From positions 1-64,000 of IMG/VR virus record IMGVR_UViG_3300020576_004326: a stretch of DNA of 64,000 nucleotides. The stretch is one strand, 5' to 3'. The position numbers and the translations under genes were made by a program. Of the stretch, positions 55,071 to 64,000 are shown in pieces. This DNA comes from a virus (taxonomy: Duplodnaviria; Caudoviricetes). The notes under the pieces were generated by a model. That model searched no databases. It had not been told where the DNA came from and worked only from the letters and a program-made list of their open reading frames with translations. Position 1 is the stretch's first letter; every line of letters starts with the position of its first letter.

Positions 55071-57295
55071 AGCGATATACTGCACTAACGATACCCTCGA
55101 TACGCAAGATCAACAAGCTCCCGAAGGCGCTGGTCGGAGCCAGCCTCTTCGCCGGCGGGGGAGGCGCGTCTACGGGAATGAAGCTGGCTGGCATCGACGT
55201 GCGCTACGCCAACGAATTTATCCCCGGCGCCATCGCAACTTACCGCGCCAACGCCAGCAAGTCGACGTTCGTAGACGAGCGCGACATACGCACCGTGCAG
55301 CCGTCCGAGATACTGAAGCACTGCCGCGTGGCGAAGGGCGAACTCGACTACCTCGACGCTTCACCCCCCTGCTTCCCGGCAGGAACTCTCGTTCGCACCA
55401 ACACGGGGCTAAAGCCTATACAGCTTGTGGAGTGCGGAGACTTAGTTCTTACCCACAAGGCGAGGTTTCGCCGTGTAAATAATACTATGTCTCGGCTATA
55501 CGCCGGCGACATGGTAAAGATTGCCTGCGTAGGAACTCAAGATACATCTTCGACTCCTGAGCACCCCTTCTTCGTGAAGAAGCGATTGTCACCTACGGCA
55601 CTGGCAGACCCCGCGTGGATAGAAGCTAAGGATGTCTGCAAAGGAGACTACGTCGGCATCGTAGTCGATAAGAAGGCAGAGGTACCCGCATACGACGGAT
55701 ACGTCGAACGATCTGGCTTTGATCGTGTCACTCGGCAGTTTACGACTGCGACGACTATAAATACTCTGCCTCTGTCAAACCCTAATTTTTGGTACCTCAT
55801 AGGGAGGTGGCTAGGTGATGGTTGGCTTCGATACACCGAAGACTACGCTTCCAAGTTCATAAATCAAGAACTGAAACGCCGAAAGAACCGTTATGGGTTC
55901 ATAATTTGCTGCAAGGACCCAAGCCTAGACGGCGGTATTGAGCTGAAGCAGATCACCAAAAGATTCGATGCTCTAGGGTGGAACTACGGCGTTAAGCGTT
56001 ACGGTAGCGTAGTTCGCGTAGTTCTTAAGGGACAAGGCGCAGGTGCGCAGAGCGCGGCTTCTGGAATTACTTCTCCTAAAGAGTTGGTTCTGTGGTGTCT
56101 CCGATTTGGCAGAGGAGCTGCAAACAAGCGTCTTACGGGAGACATTCTTAATCTACCGATACCCCTGTTGAAGGAGGTGGTACGCGGCTACCTTGCCGCT
56201 GACGGGCGCAAAAGGGGCAAAGGGATTTGGGGCTTTAGAGGAACAAGTAACCAACTCATACAGGGGATAGCGTTCGCTGTTGCCAAGATAAGGAAAGTTC
56301 CTACCAACAGAGTCGCGCGTGTTAGGCCTACGAGAAGACCTTCGGTAATAGAAGGTCGGGTAGTATCGTCTAATCCTCAGTGGTACACTGTAACCTGCCC
56401 CAAGATTTCTCGTATGAAAGCATTCGAGTACGACTCGAAATCTCGCATATTATGGGTCCGCGTTCGTGCCGTTTCCTCATCGCCCGTTGCAACTACGGTG
56501 TATAACATATCTGTAGGCGGAGACGATACTTACACCGCAAACACTCTAGCTGTTCACAACTGCAAGATGTATAGTGGAGCCGCGAAGTTCTCGCGCGTAG
56601 GTAAGCGTGCAGACGCACCGGTGCTGTACAGCGAGAACGTGAAGCAGCGCGTAGACGACCTGTTCGACGAGTTTCTGCGCATCCTCAAGGGCGTGAGGCC
56701 CAAGGTATTCGCCACCGAGAACGTGACGGGCCTCGCCGAGGGAGTGAGCAAGGGCTTCTTCCTCGAGATACTGCAGAAGATGAAAGACTGCGGCTACGCA
56801 GTCGAGGCGCGCATGGTGGACGCCTCGAAGCTCGGCGTACCCCAGCGGCGCATACGCATCGTGTTCGTAGGCGTCCGCACCGACGTGTCTAAGGCAGTCT
56901 GCGGGCCCGTGTTCCCCAAGCCGGGCAAGAAGGTGCTGGCGCTGCGCGACGTGATCCCCGACGCCGCGTTCGTGCAGGAGGGAGCGCGCGGGTGGGGCGA
57001 CGCGCGGCGCCCCGCGCCCACCATCGTCGCGGGCGGGCACTCGTTCAACGAGTACTCGCAGCTCTCGGCGGGCGGCTACTACAAAGACGACTCGGGAGAC
57101 GTGATCAAGTTCACCATCCCGCAGCTGATCAAGATATTCGGGTACCCCGAAGACTACGTGCTCACGGGCGACTTCAAGATGCAGTGGGAACGGCTCGGTC
57201 GATCGCACGTCCCGCTGGCCGTCTACGCCATCGCGTCTACCATCAAGGACGAGGTGCTCGACCCCTATAATCGAATGAAGAGGAAGAAGAAATGA
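55067..57295 (+). CDS. C5-cytosine methyltransferase-fold enzyme with intein; predicted carboxymethyltransferase
   Basis: Motif I SLFAGGGG, IV SPP|C, VI ENV, VIII QRRIR; motif X is LGRS instead of GNS. Confidence 0.85.
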   Translation: MKRYTALTIPSIRKINKLPKALVGASLFAGGGGASTGMKLAGIDVRYANEFIPGAIATYRANASKSTFVDERDIRTVQPSEILKHCRVAKGELDYLDASPPCFPAGTLVRTNTGLKPIQLVECGDLVLTHKARFRRVNNTMSRLYAGDMVKIACVGTQDTSSTPEHPFFVKKRLSPTALADPAWIEAKDVCKGDYVGIVVDKKAEVPAYDGYVERSGFDRVTRQFTTATTINTLPLSNPNFWYLIGRWLGDGWLRYTEDYASKFINQELKRRKNRYGFIICCKDPSLDGGIELKQITKRFDALGWNYGVKRYGSVVRVVLKGQGAGAQSAASGITSPKELVLWCLRFGRGAANKRLTGDILNLPIPLLKEVVRGYLAADGRKRGKGIWGFRGTSNQLIQGIAFAVAKIRKVPTNRVARVRPTRRPSVIEGRVVSSNPQWYTVTCPKISRMKAFEYDSKSRILWVRVRAVSSSPVATTVYNISVGGDDTYTANTLAVHNCKMYSGAAKFSRVGKRADAPVLYSENVKQRVDDLFDEFLRILKGVRPKVFATENVTGLAEGVSKGFFLEILQKMKDCGYAVEARMVDASKLGVPQRRIRIVFVGVRTDVSKAVCGPVFPKPGKKVLALRDVIPDAAFVQEGARGWGDARRPAPTIVAGGHSFNEYSQLSAGGYYKDDSGDVIKFTIPQLIKIFGYPEDYVLTGDFKMQWERLGRSHVPLAVYAIASTIKDEVLDPYNRMKRKKK
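55370..56560 (+). mobile_element. Intein (397 aa) with LAGLIDADG endonuclease, inserted before the catalytic Cys
   Basis: CFPAGTLV, STPEHPF, IGRWLGDG, VRGYLAADG, LAVHN|C; lower GC. Confidence 0.93.
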
Positions 57296-57477
57296 TCGTC
57301 GTCAGACTACTGATCATCTGGGTGATCGTCGGCGTCGTCGTAGTCGCCGGCATCAGCGCCACGCATCCCACCCTGCAGTTCAACGGCCCCGGTCAGGCAG
57401 CCAAGGCTGTGATGTTCTGGCCCATTACGGTGTACGCCGTAATCGCGGGCGACTTAGTCCGCAACCCCGTAGACTGA
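57292..57477 (+). CDS. Small membrane protein
   Basis: Two hydrophobic segments; ATGA overlap. Confidence 0.55.
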   Translation: MIVVRLLIIWVIVGVVVVAGISATHPTLQFNGPGQAAKAVMFWPITVYAVIAGDLVRNPVD

Positions 57478-57487
57478 GAGGTGCACC

Positions 57488-57862
57488 GTGAAGTTCTTAT
57501 CGTGCGCGCTTCCTCCCGTTCGCATCAAGGCCGACTGGACGTACCAGAACGAGCCCGTCGCCGTGAGCGTAGTGCAGGGGCTAAGGCGCTCTCGCGTCAA
57601 CCACTACTTCGATGAGGAGGGGTATCCCGCAATAGAGTTCGTGGGGACTGGGGCGAAGTGGGTGTTCGCCGACCTGGCCCAGCGCGAAGCGGCGCTACTC
57701 CTACTCATGCGCGGCTCGGAGCAGCTAACCTCCGAAGACGTCACCTCCGAGGCCACGAAGTGGTCTAAGTTAAACCTAGTAGCTCCTGCGTGCAGTAGCT
57801 CTAGCAAGATGCGCGACTACCGCGCTTCTCCCGTTCCTCTTACTTCGAGGCCAACATGGTAA
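57488..57862 (+). CDS. Hypothetical protein
   Basis: GTG start after gagagg. Confidence 0.5.
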   Translation: MKFLSCALPPVRIKADWTYQNEPVAVSVVQGLRRSRVNHYFDEEGYPAIEFVGTGAKWVFADLAQREAALLLLMRGSEQLTSEDVTSEATKWSKLNLVAPACSSSSKMRDYRASPVPLTSRPTW

Positions 57863-58287
57863 ACACGTGCCCTGCGTGCGGCAAGCAACTCGTGGTGAAC
57901 TCGCAGGCTGGCATCGCGCTGTGCCCCGACTGGCATCACTGGACCAGCAAGCCCACTGCGAAAATCGACGCAGGCGACGACTTGATGATGGCGGAAGCCG
58001 GCACGCTCAGCGCGCGGCTAGCGCTGGAGGCCGACCGCAGCTTCGCGTTCATGCGAGACGCCTGCGCGTTCGCGGGCAAGCCCCCGCAGTCTCTGTTCGC
58101 CGCCATCGCCCTAGCGTTCATCGACTCGCTGGTGCAGCAGTACGAGGGTCGAATGGCCGGCGCGGTACCCGAGGCGGAGAGGCGCGCGTGGATCATGCAG
58201 CAGATCGTTTCTACCACGACTATGGTGGTCGACATGCGCGTAGGCAAGCTCGAAGAGTCTGGTCTACCCAAGGCCACCGTCAACTAG
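57856..58287 (+). CDS. Zn-ribbon hypothetical protein
   Basis: CPAC...CPDWH; gagg RBS. Confidence 0.55.
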   Translation: MVNTCPACGKQLVVNSQAGIALCPDWHHWTSKPTAKIDAGDDLMMAEAGTLSARLALEADRSFAFMRDACAFAGKPPQSLFAAIALAFIDSLVQQYEGRMAGAVPEAERRAWIMQQIVSTTTMVVDMRVGKLEESGLPKATVN

Positions 58288-58297
58288 GAGAAGCGTC

Positions 58298-58633
58298 ATG
58301 GCAGATCGCGTCGCATACGAGTTCGACCGCTACCTCTACGGATCGAAGGTGGCGGAGGGCGTCACGGTGCACCGGGCCGACTCTTTCGAGGAGGCCACCG
58401 TCGTAGCTGCCCGCCTGTGCGGAGGCCAGCGCGGTACCGTACTCGTCCCCCGCTTCGACACGCTGATGCTCCTGTTCACTAAGCGCGTCGGTCCGTACGC
58501 CGCGGTGAAGCCCAAGAAGGGCGACCAGTGGATGCACCCGATCACGGGGACCGTCTACGTGTTCGACGGCGAGAACTACGTGAGTACGAGCGAGAAGCCT
58601 TACGGCACCGACCCCATGGGCGTGCTGAGCTGA
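58298..58633 (+). CDS. Hypothetical protein
   Basis: aggag RBS. Confidence 0.55.
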   Translation: MADRVAYEFDRYLYGSKVAEGVTVHRADSFEEATVVAARLCGGQRGTVLVPRFDTLMLLFTKRVGPYAAVKPKKGDQWMHPITGTVYVFDGENYVSTSEKPYGTDPMGVLS

Positions 58634-59244
58634 TGAGCAAGCGCGCCCTGAACAAGTCGTGGGCCAAGCGGACGGTGGGGTCGGGTCGCAGCAAGCAGTC
58701 TCGCGCCAAGATACTCGACGGCTACGGGTCTCCTCGCGAGTCGTTCGACGCCCTGGTGCGCGACGGCAGAGAAGAGTTCCCGCTACGCATATGGGAGCCG
58801 GCCGCGGGCCGTCACCACATGGTGCGCGCGATGGAGCGCCACGGGCACCGCGTGTACACCAGCGACGTGTACCGCTGGAGCAAGCGCACGCGCACGATCA
58901 TCGACTTCTTCGCGGCGAAGCGCGTACCCAAGAGGCACAGGTGCATCGTCACCAACCCACCTTTCTACCTCGCCCAGCAGTTCGCCCAGCACGCAATGAC
59001 GCTGCTCCCTCCTGGAGGCCGCCTCTACCTGCTGCTGCGCGTTCAGTGGCTAGAGGGAGTAAAGAGGAAGCGAGAGCTGTTCGACGGGTGCCCGCCCAAG
59101 TACGTGTACGTGTTCTCGTATCGCCTTCCCATGATGCACGCGTTCGACCACGCGGGCAAGAAGATGAAGGGCGGCATGATGGCGATGGCGTGGTTCGTGT
59201 TTGTGAAAAATTTTAAGGGGGAGCCCACGATAAGATGGCTCTGA
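58633..59244 (+). CDS. Amino (N6-adenine/N4-cytosine) DNA methyltransferase
   Basis: WEPAAG motif I, IVTNPPF motif IV, AWFVF tail. Confidence 0.82.
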   Translation: MSKRALNKSWAKRTVGSGRSKQSRAKILDGYGSPRESFDALVRDGREEFPLRIWEPAAGRHHMVRAMERHGHRVYTSDVYRWSKRTRTIIDFFAAKRVPKRHRCIVTNPPFYLAQQFAQHAMTLLPPGGRLYLLLRVQWLEGVKRKRELFDGCPPKYVYVFSYRLPMMHAFDHAGKKMKGGMMAMAWFVFVKNFKGEPTIRWL

Positions 59245-59930
59245 AACTAGAAGTAAACACGGGTGCTCGTTTTGGCAGATTGCGAGTAGTGCAAGAGATT
59301 TCCCGGTCTTCCCCTGGTCGCCACTTCCTTTGTCGATGTGACTGTGGCAATAAAACGGTTACAACTCTAGCCCGAATGCGGTCAGGCAAGACTCGGTCTT
59401 GCGGATGCATTCGCTTAGAGACTACACGAGCCTTGGGTAAAAAATATGGAGGCAGTGCTCAAAAGCACGGTCTTGCAGGTACTGCTTTATATACGTGTCA
59501 CAGGTTGATGATGAAACGTTGCTACGATGTAAGTTATCTTCGGTACGATTCTTGGGGAGGACGCGGCATTCGCGTATGCAGAAAGTGGCACGATCTTCGC
59601 GCGTTCGTAGACTGGAATAATTCTCTTCCTAAAGAAGAACGATACCGAACCGGCCTCACCATAGAGAGAAGGGACAACGCGAGAGGATATTCTCCGAATA
59701 ATTGCTATTGGGCAACAAGACGACAGCAGCAACGAAATCGGAGAGGAAATGTTAGGATAATGTACAGAGGGAAGTTGAGCAGCTTTATGTACGTGTACGA
59801 GGACTTGATAGAGCGTAAGCTGGTTCCTAAAAAGTCGGCGGAGAAGATACGGCGTAGGTTGCGCCAGGGATATAAATTATCCGATATAGTCAAGGGGTTC
59901 ACCGGCGAGCCGAAGATTCGGTGGCTGTAG
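59235..59930 (+). mobile_element. HNH homing endonuclease ending in the old 3' end of the upstream MTase
   Basis: WGGRGIRVC...IERRDNARGYSPNNCYW; ends VKGFTGEPKIRWL. Confidence 0.88.
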
Positions 59931-59939
59931 GAGATCGCG

Positions 59940-60146
59940 ATGAAGCACGATGAAGAGCTGCGCGCACGCGTGCGCGCCAAGATCGTAGAGTCTCTGCAGA
60001 AGATGAGAGACGACACGGGCCTATACGTCGGCGGCCCCGCGTCGGGCGAAGTTCGGCCCGACGACGACGAGGTAGTGGTCGACGGCCTAGTCGACCTTCA
60101 AGAACTCGTGAGCGCCGTGATCTCGGCGGTGACCGATAAAGACTAG
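59940..60146 (+). CDS. Small hypothetical protein
   Basis: aggag RBS. Confidence 0.5.
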   Translation: MKHDEELRARVRAKIVESLQKMRDDTGLYVGGPASGEVRPDDDEVVVDGLVDLQELVSAVISAVTDKD

Positions 60147-60153
60147 GTGATCC

Positions 60154-60393
60154 GTGAGCGGGGCGACGTTCATCACGGTACGGCGCAGGGTGGCAGACGT
60201 CAGGTTCTTCGAGAACGACGTGCTCGTTGCCGTGCTGGGCAGAGACAGGCGCGGCCTGCACCGCCTGCACCACACGCGGGAGTCGTGCCCCGACCTCATC
60301 GCTCAGGTAGAGAAGTTCGTCAAAGACTACACCGACTCTGCCGGTTTCTTTACGGCCCGCGAGGGCGTCCACGTGATTAGGATGAGAGAATGA
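60154..60393 (+). CDS. Small hypothetical protein
   Basis: 79 aa, stop overlaps the next ATG. Confidence 0.5.
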   Translation: MSGATFITVRRRVADVRFFENDVLVAVLGRDRRGLHRLHHTRESCPDLIAQVEKFVKDYTDSAGFFTAREGVHVIRMRE

Positions 60394-60539
60394 AGCTCTA
60401 CACCGCGCTAGACATACCGACGATGGCCGAGATAAACGCGAAGCGCAAGAAGTTCGTCGGCGCCAGCCTGTTCTCGGGCTGCGGAGGAGCCTCGGTCGGC
60501 ATGAAGCTGGCCGGCATCGACGTGAGGTGCGTCGGATGA
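60390..60539 (+). pseudogene. Stranded original 5' end of the second C5-MTase-fold gene
   Basis: MKLYTALDIPTMAEINAKRKKFVGASLFSGCGGASVGMKLAGIDVR versus MKLYTALDIPTMREINALPKTFVAASLFSGCGGSSVGIKLAGGDVR at 60995. Confidence 0.9.
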
Positions 60540-60994
60540 TCTATAGATTACCTGAGATACGAAACAAAGGCGATCATCCATTATATCGCACATGGTACGG
60601 AATGCTGCGACGGTGCAGAGATCACCCTCGCTACATGGGTAGAGTAAGCGTGTGCAAATCCTGGGCCCACCCCGAGAAGGGTTTCTCTGCCTTTGTTACA
60701 TGGGCTCGAAAGGGTTATCGCCCGGGGTTAGAGCTGGATCGTAGGAATAACGACGGCGACTACTCTCCCGATAATTGTCGGTGGGTTACGCACAAGATTA
60801 ACGCCCAAAACAGAGGTGATATAATTTGGGTAGAAGTCGGCGGAAGTCGACAAGAGCTGTTTCGTCTATGGGAAAACAGCTCACGCGTAGTATCCTACAA
60901 CACAGTAAAACTGCGCTATTACAGGGGCTGGGATGTAAAGCGTGCTCTGTCCACTCCCGCAAAACACCCAGGTGCTCCTAAGAGGGTTTCGAAC
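60536..60994 (+). mobile_element. HNH homing endonuclease, in frame (no stop) with the downstream MTase-fold gene
   Basis: LYRTWYGM..RC...LDRRNNDGDYSPDNCRW; ATG overlaps the relic's TGA. Confidence 0.85.
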
Positions 60995-62008
60995 ATGAAG
61001 CTATACACGGCTCTCGATATTCCTACAATGCGCGAGATAAATGCGTTACCTAAAACCTTCGTTGCAGCGAGTTTGTTCTCTGGATGTGGAGGCTCATCCG
61101 TTGGTATTAAATTAGCTGGCGGAGACGTGCGCTACGCGTCAGAGTTCGTGCCCATCGCGGCCGACACGTACGCGGCGAACGCACCCGGCACGTACGTAGA
61201 CCGCAGAGACATTCGCGAAGTGAAGCCCGAGTTCGTACTCAAGAAGTGCCGCGTGGCGAAGGGCGAACTCGACTACCTAGACGGCTCCCCGCCGTGCAAG
61301 ATTTTCTCGAAGGCTTCGCTGCACACGAAGGGCAAGCGAGACGAGACGAACGTCGTGCTGTACTCGGAGGGCATCAAGCAGCGCGTAGACGACCTGTTCT
61401 TCCAGTTCGCCCGCCTGCTCAAGGGCACGCAGCCCAAAGTCTTCGTCGCCGAGAACGTCGAGGGCCTGACGGCTCAGGCCAACCGCCCCTACCTCAACGA
61501 GATATTCTCGTCGCTCCGTAAGTGCGGGTACGAGGTCGAGGCGCGCGTGCTCGACGCCTCCAAGCTGGGCGTGCCGCAGGCTCGCAAGCGCCTCATCTTC
61601 GTGGGCGTCCGCAGAGACTTGGTGAAGCGCGGGTTCAAGCCCGCGTTCCCGAAGCCCCTCAACCGCTACATCACCGTGCAAGACGTCGTGCCCCACGCCG
61701 TTAAGATGAAGTTCGGCGGCGGTCGCGGCTACATGTCTGCGGCTCAGCCCAGCCAGACGATCACGGCGTCCGACGCCACGACCTACGAGACTGCCGACTT
61801 CTCGTGCGGAGCGTACATCGAGCTGCCCGACGGGACGCGCCGCAAGTACAAGATCAGCGAGGCGAAGCGCGTCTTCGGCATGCCAGAAGACTTCAAGCTG
61901 CTGGGCGACTACGAGCAGCGCTTCGAGCGCCTCGGTCGCATACACGTGCCCCTATCCGTCTACTACGTCGCCAGCGCCCTGCGCGAGAACGTGCTGAGCA
62001 AGCTGTGA
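60995..62008 (+). CDS. C5-cytosine methyltransferase-fold enzyme; predicted carboxymethyltransferase
   Basis: SLFSGCGG, SPPC, ENV, QARKR; motif X is LGRI; own RBS aagaggg. Confidence 0.85.
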   Translation: MKLYTALDIPTMREINALPKTFVAASLFSGCGGSSVGIKLAGGDVRYASEFVPIAADTYAANAPGTYVDRRDIREVKPEFVLKKCRVAKGELDYLDGSPPCKIFSKASLHTKGKRDETNVVLYSEGIKQRVDDLFFQFARLLKGTQPKVFVAENVEGLTAQANRPYLNEIFSSLRKCGYEVEARVLDASKLGVPQARKRLIFVGVRRDLVKRGFKPAFPKPLNRYITVQDVVPHAVKMKFGGGRGYMSAAQPSQTITASDATTYETADFSCGAYIELPDGTRRKYKISEAKRVFGMPEDFKLLGDYEQRFERLGRIHVPLSVYYVASALRENVLSKL

Positions 62009-62175
62009 AGAAGGCGAGCAAGACGTTCTACGCCTACTCCGAATACGGAAGATGGGTCGTGTCGGTGTACCACGACGGCGCGCTGTACATGCGCTGCGAC
62101 CACTCTAGTCGGCAGCTGTGGGAGAAGCAGGTGCTAGAGCTGCTGGCGGCTGGCTACGAGGAGGAAGAGCGATGA
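62005..62175 (+). CDS. Small hypothetical protein
   Basis: GTGA overlap. Confidence 0.45.
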   Translation: MKKASKTFYAYSEYGRWVVSVYHDGALYMRCDHSSRQLWEKQVLELLAAGYEEEER

Positions 62176-62639
62176 CGCTGTACCAGCGATGCATCTCGGG
62201 TGAGTGGTACGACGGGCCGAGCCTACTCGCTTCTATGCTGGCCTTCGTAGACGCGTACGGCATACGCGTAACGGGGTTTCGCGGAACCACGATGACGATC
62301 GGGATACCGATCCCGCGACTAGTAAGCAGTAAAGTATCCATAGACCTATTCGTTCCTCAACGGCTGCTCGAAGACTTCTACTACGCCAACGGGAGCGCAG
62401 TTCTAGGCAGGCGCCCTGACATAGAAGAGCTGTCGAAGTTCGTGTCGTTCGCCAACGACGCCTTCACCGCCAATCTCGTCAACGACCACCTACGACAGCG
62501 GGAGCAGACGCGTGTGATGAACGGTGGACCGTCTCTGCGCAGCTCTCTGCTATTCGCTTACACTGGAGCCTACTCAGAAGTGCTGAGCGAACCCATGTTC
62601 GAACTGCACGAACTCGAACTGGCGGAGCTTACGCGATGA
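62172..62639 (+). CDS. Hypothetical protein
   Basis: gagga RBS; lies between the MTase-fold gene and cmoA. Confidence 0.55.
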   Translation: MTLYQRCISGEWYDGPSLLASMLAFVDAYGIRVTGFRGTTMTIGIPIPRLVSSKVSIDLFVPQRLLEDFYYANGSAVLGRRPDIEELSKFVSFANDAFTANLVNDHLRQREQTRVMNGGPSLRSSLLFAYTGAYSEVLSEPMFELHELELAELTR

Positions 62640-62731
62640 ACAGGAGGTCGCCCTTGAAAATTTTTCTGGCGGAGGTGCCGTAGTAAATTCATAGTAGTCT
62701 CCAGCATAGAATCGAAAAAGGAGTAGCTATC

Positions 62732-63532
62732 ATGAGCAAATTGGTACAAGACGAAAAGCCGCAGAATACGAACGGCGATAGCCACATAGCAGATCCTAAC
62801 AGAAAATGGGAGTTCGATAAAGACGTCACAGACGCATTTTCCATGATGATATCCTCGTCAATACCCGACTGCCGGAACATGCGCAAGTGGGTGCAGTCGC
62901 TGGCCTCGAATCACCTGCGCACCCGGGTAGACCCAGAACACATGCGCGGCGTCACCTACGCGCGCACTGGGAGCGCGCTAGACATCGGCGCCAGCCGCGG
63001 AGACGCCGTTGCCGACCTCGTCGCCGACTACCCGATGTGCCGGTTCCACCTCGTCGAGATAAGCAAGCCGATGGTGACCGTGCTGCACCAGCGCTTCGCC
63101 GACTCGAACAACGTGAGGGTCGTTGAGGGCGACATGTCGGAGGAACCCACGCTCGTCAACTCGTCGCGCCGAGGGCACGACCTGGCGATGTCGATCCTGA
63201 CGCTCATGTTCGTCCCGATCGAGTGCCGCCAGCGCGTGGTCCAGGCCGTGTACGACTCGCTGCTGCCGGGTGGCATGTTCATCGTGGTGGAGAAGACTAT
63301 GGGCGAGACTGTCGTGGGGCAGGAGCTCCTCGTCGCCCAGTACCACGCGTTCAAGATGGCCTCGGGATACACGGCAGAGAACGTCGAGCGCAAGCGCCTC
63401 TCGCTCAAGGGGTCGCTCGTTCCTACGAAGCCTTCGTGGGTGGAAGAGATGCTGCGAGACGCGGGCTTCGTTCACGTAACGCGCTTCTGGCAGGCCCTGC
63501 AGTTCGTAGGGTGGGTTGCTTTCAAGCAGTAA
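62732..63532 (+). CDS. cmoA: CmoA-like carboxy-S-adenosylmethionine synthase
   Basis: WEFDKDV...F..MI..SIP, LDIGASRG, ILTLMF, LLPGG.FIVVEK, FK..SGY...V..KR.SL, AGF: the CmoA pattern along the whole length. Confidence 0.85.
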   Translation: MSKLVQDEKPQNTNGDSHIADPNRKWEFDKDVTDAFSMMISSSIPDCRNMRKWVQSLASNHLRTRVDPEHMRGVTYARTGSALDIGASRGDAVADLVADYPMCRFHLVEISKPMVTVLHQRFADSNNVRVVEGDMSEEPTLVNSSRRGHDLAMSILTLMFVPIECRQRVVQAVYDSLLPGGMFIVVEKTMGETVVGQELLVAQYHAFKMASGYTAENVERKRLSLKGSLVPTKPSWVEEMLRDAGFVHVTRFWQALQFVGWVAFKQ

Positions 63533-63543
63533 GGAGAAACGAC

Positions 63544-63831
63544 ATGAACTTCGGACAAGCTCAAGAGGTACTAGAGAGTGGCGGCCGCGTCGCTCGCGCC
63601 GGCTGGAACGGCAAGGGCATGTGGCTCTCTCGCGTAAGCGAGAACTGGAGCGGGTCGCTGAGGTGCAGAGAGAATCTGCCGCCCAACTTCGCGGGGTACC
63701 TCCCGTTCTACGTGATGTACACGGCCGACGGCAAGCTCGTGCCGTGGCTCGCCAGCCAGACCGACCTGGCCGCCACCGACTGGGTGGTGCTAGTCGACGG
63801 AACAGTCGCGCACGAGGCAGTCTCGTCATGA
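63544..63831 (+). CDS. DUF2829 protein (Tad2-like)
   Basis: MNFGQA...GGRVARAGWNGKGMWL...MYTADGKLVPWLASQTDL.A.DW. Confidence 0.8.
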   Translation: MNFGQAQEVLESGGRVARAGWNGKGMWLSRVSENWSGSLRCRENLPPNFAGYLPFYVMYTADGKLVPWLASQTDLAATDWVVLVDGTVAHEAVSS

Positions 63832-64000
63832 GTGCCGCCGCAGAAACGGCGCAGCCGTCCCTCGACGATACCCACCTCGTAACGAAGCTCAGCGAGGCGG
63901 CTCTGCTGATGAAACCCGTGGTAGAAGCGGCCGGCGTAGCCGAGACGCCGCTGTTCTCTCCGTGGAGCCGGATGGTGCACGGCACGTCGCCGCTAGTAAC
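63828..64000 (+). CDS. Partial ORF running off the window
   Basis: ATGA overlap, gagg RBS, open to the end of the window. Confidence 0.45.
   Translation, partial: MSAAAETAQPSLDDTHLVTKLSEAALLMKPVVEAAGVAETPLFSPWSRMVHGTSPLV

Overview
GC-rich 64 kb segment of a large (jumbo-like) tailed dsDNA phage, with almost all genes on the + strand. An EcfG-type sigma factor and a GcrA-like regulator point to an alphaproteobacterial host (inference). Core content: type IIA topoisomerase B and A subunits, Fpg, a beta-clamp-like protein, UvsY/UvsW-like proteins, DnaB, terminase large subunit, a block of small early-type ORFs behind a sigma70 promoter, tRNA-Val(TAC), and nucleotide metabolism genes (Dcd, double dNMP kinase, ThyA, DHFR). 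The genome is heavily parasitised: 4 contiguous inteins, 2 naturally split inteins (helicase and terminase), a group I intron in thyA, 8 intact homing endonucleases and 2 relics. Six of these endonuclease loci carry a recoded, more AT-rich replacement copy of the neighbouring gene's end and leave the old end as a relic. The strongest candidate for a new system is a dispersed DNA hypermodification pathway. It comprises a CmoA-like Cx-SAM synthase, two C5-MTase-fold enzymes whose motif X Asn is replaced by Arg (carboxymethyltransferase signature), and an AsnB-like amide ligase co-transcribed with two DUF1611/DgcN-like paralogues. All family calls come from motif recognition by eye; no database search was run.
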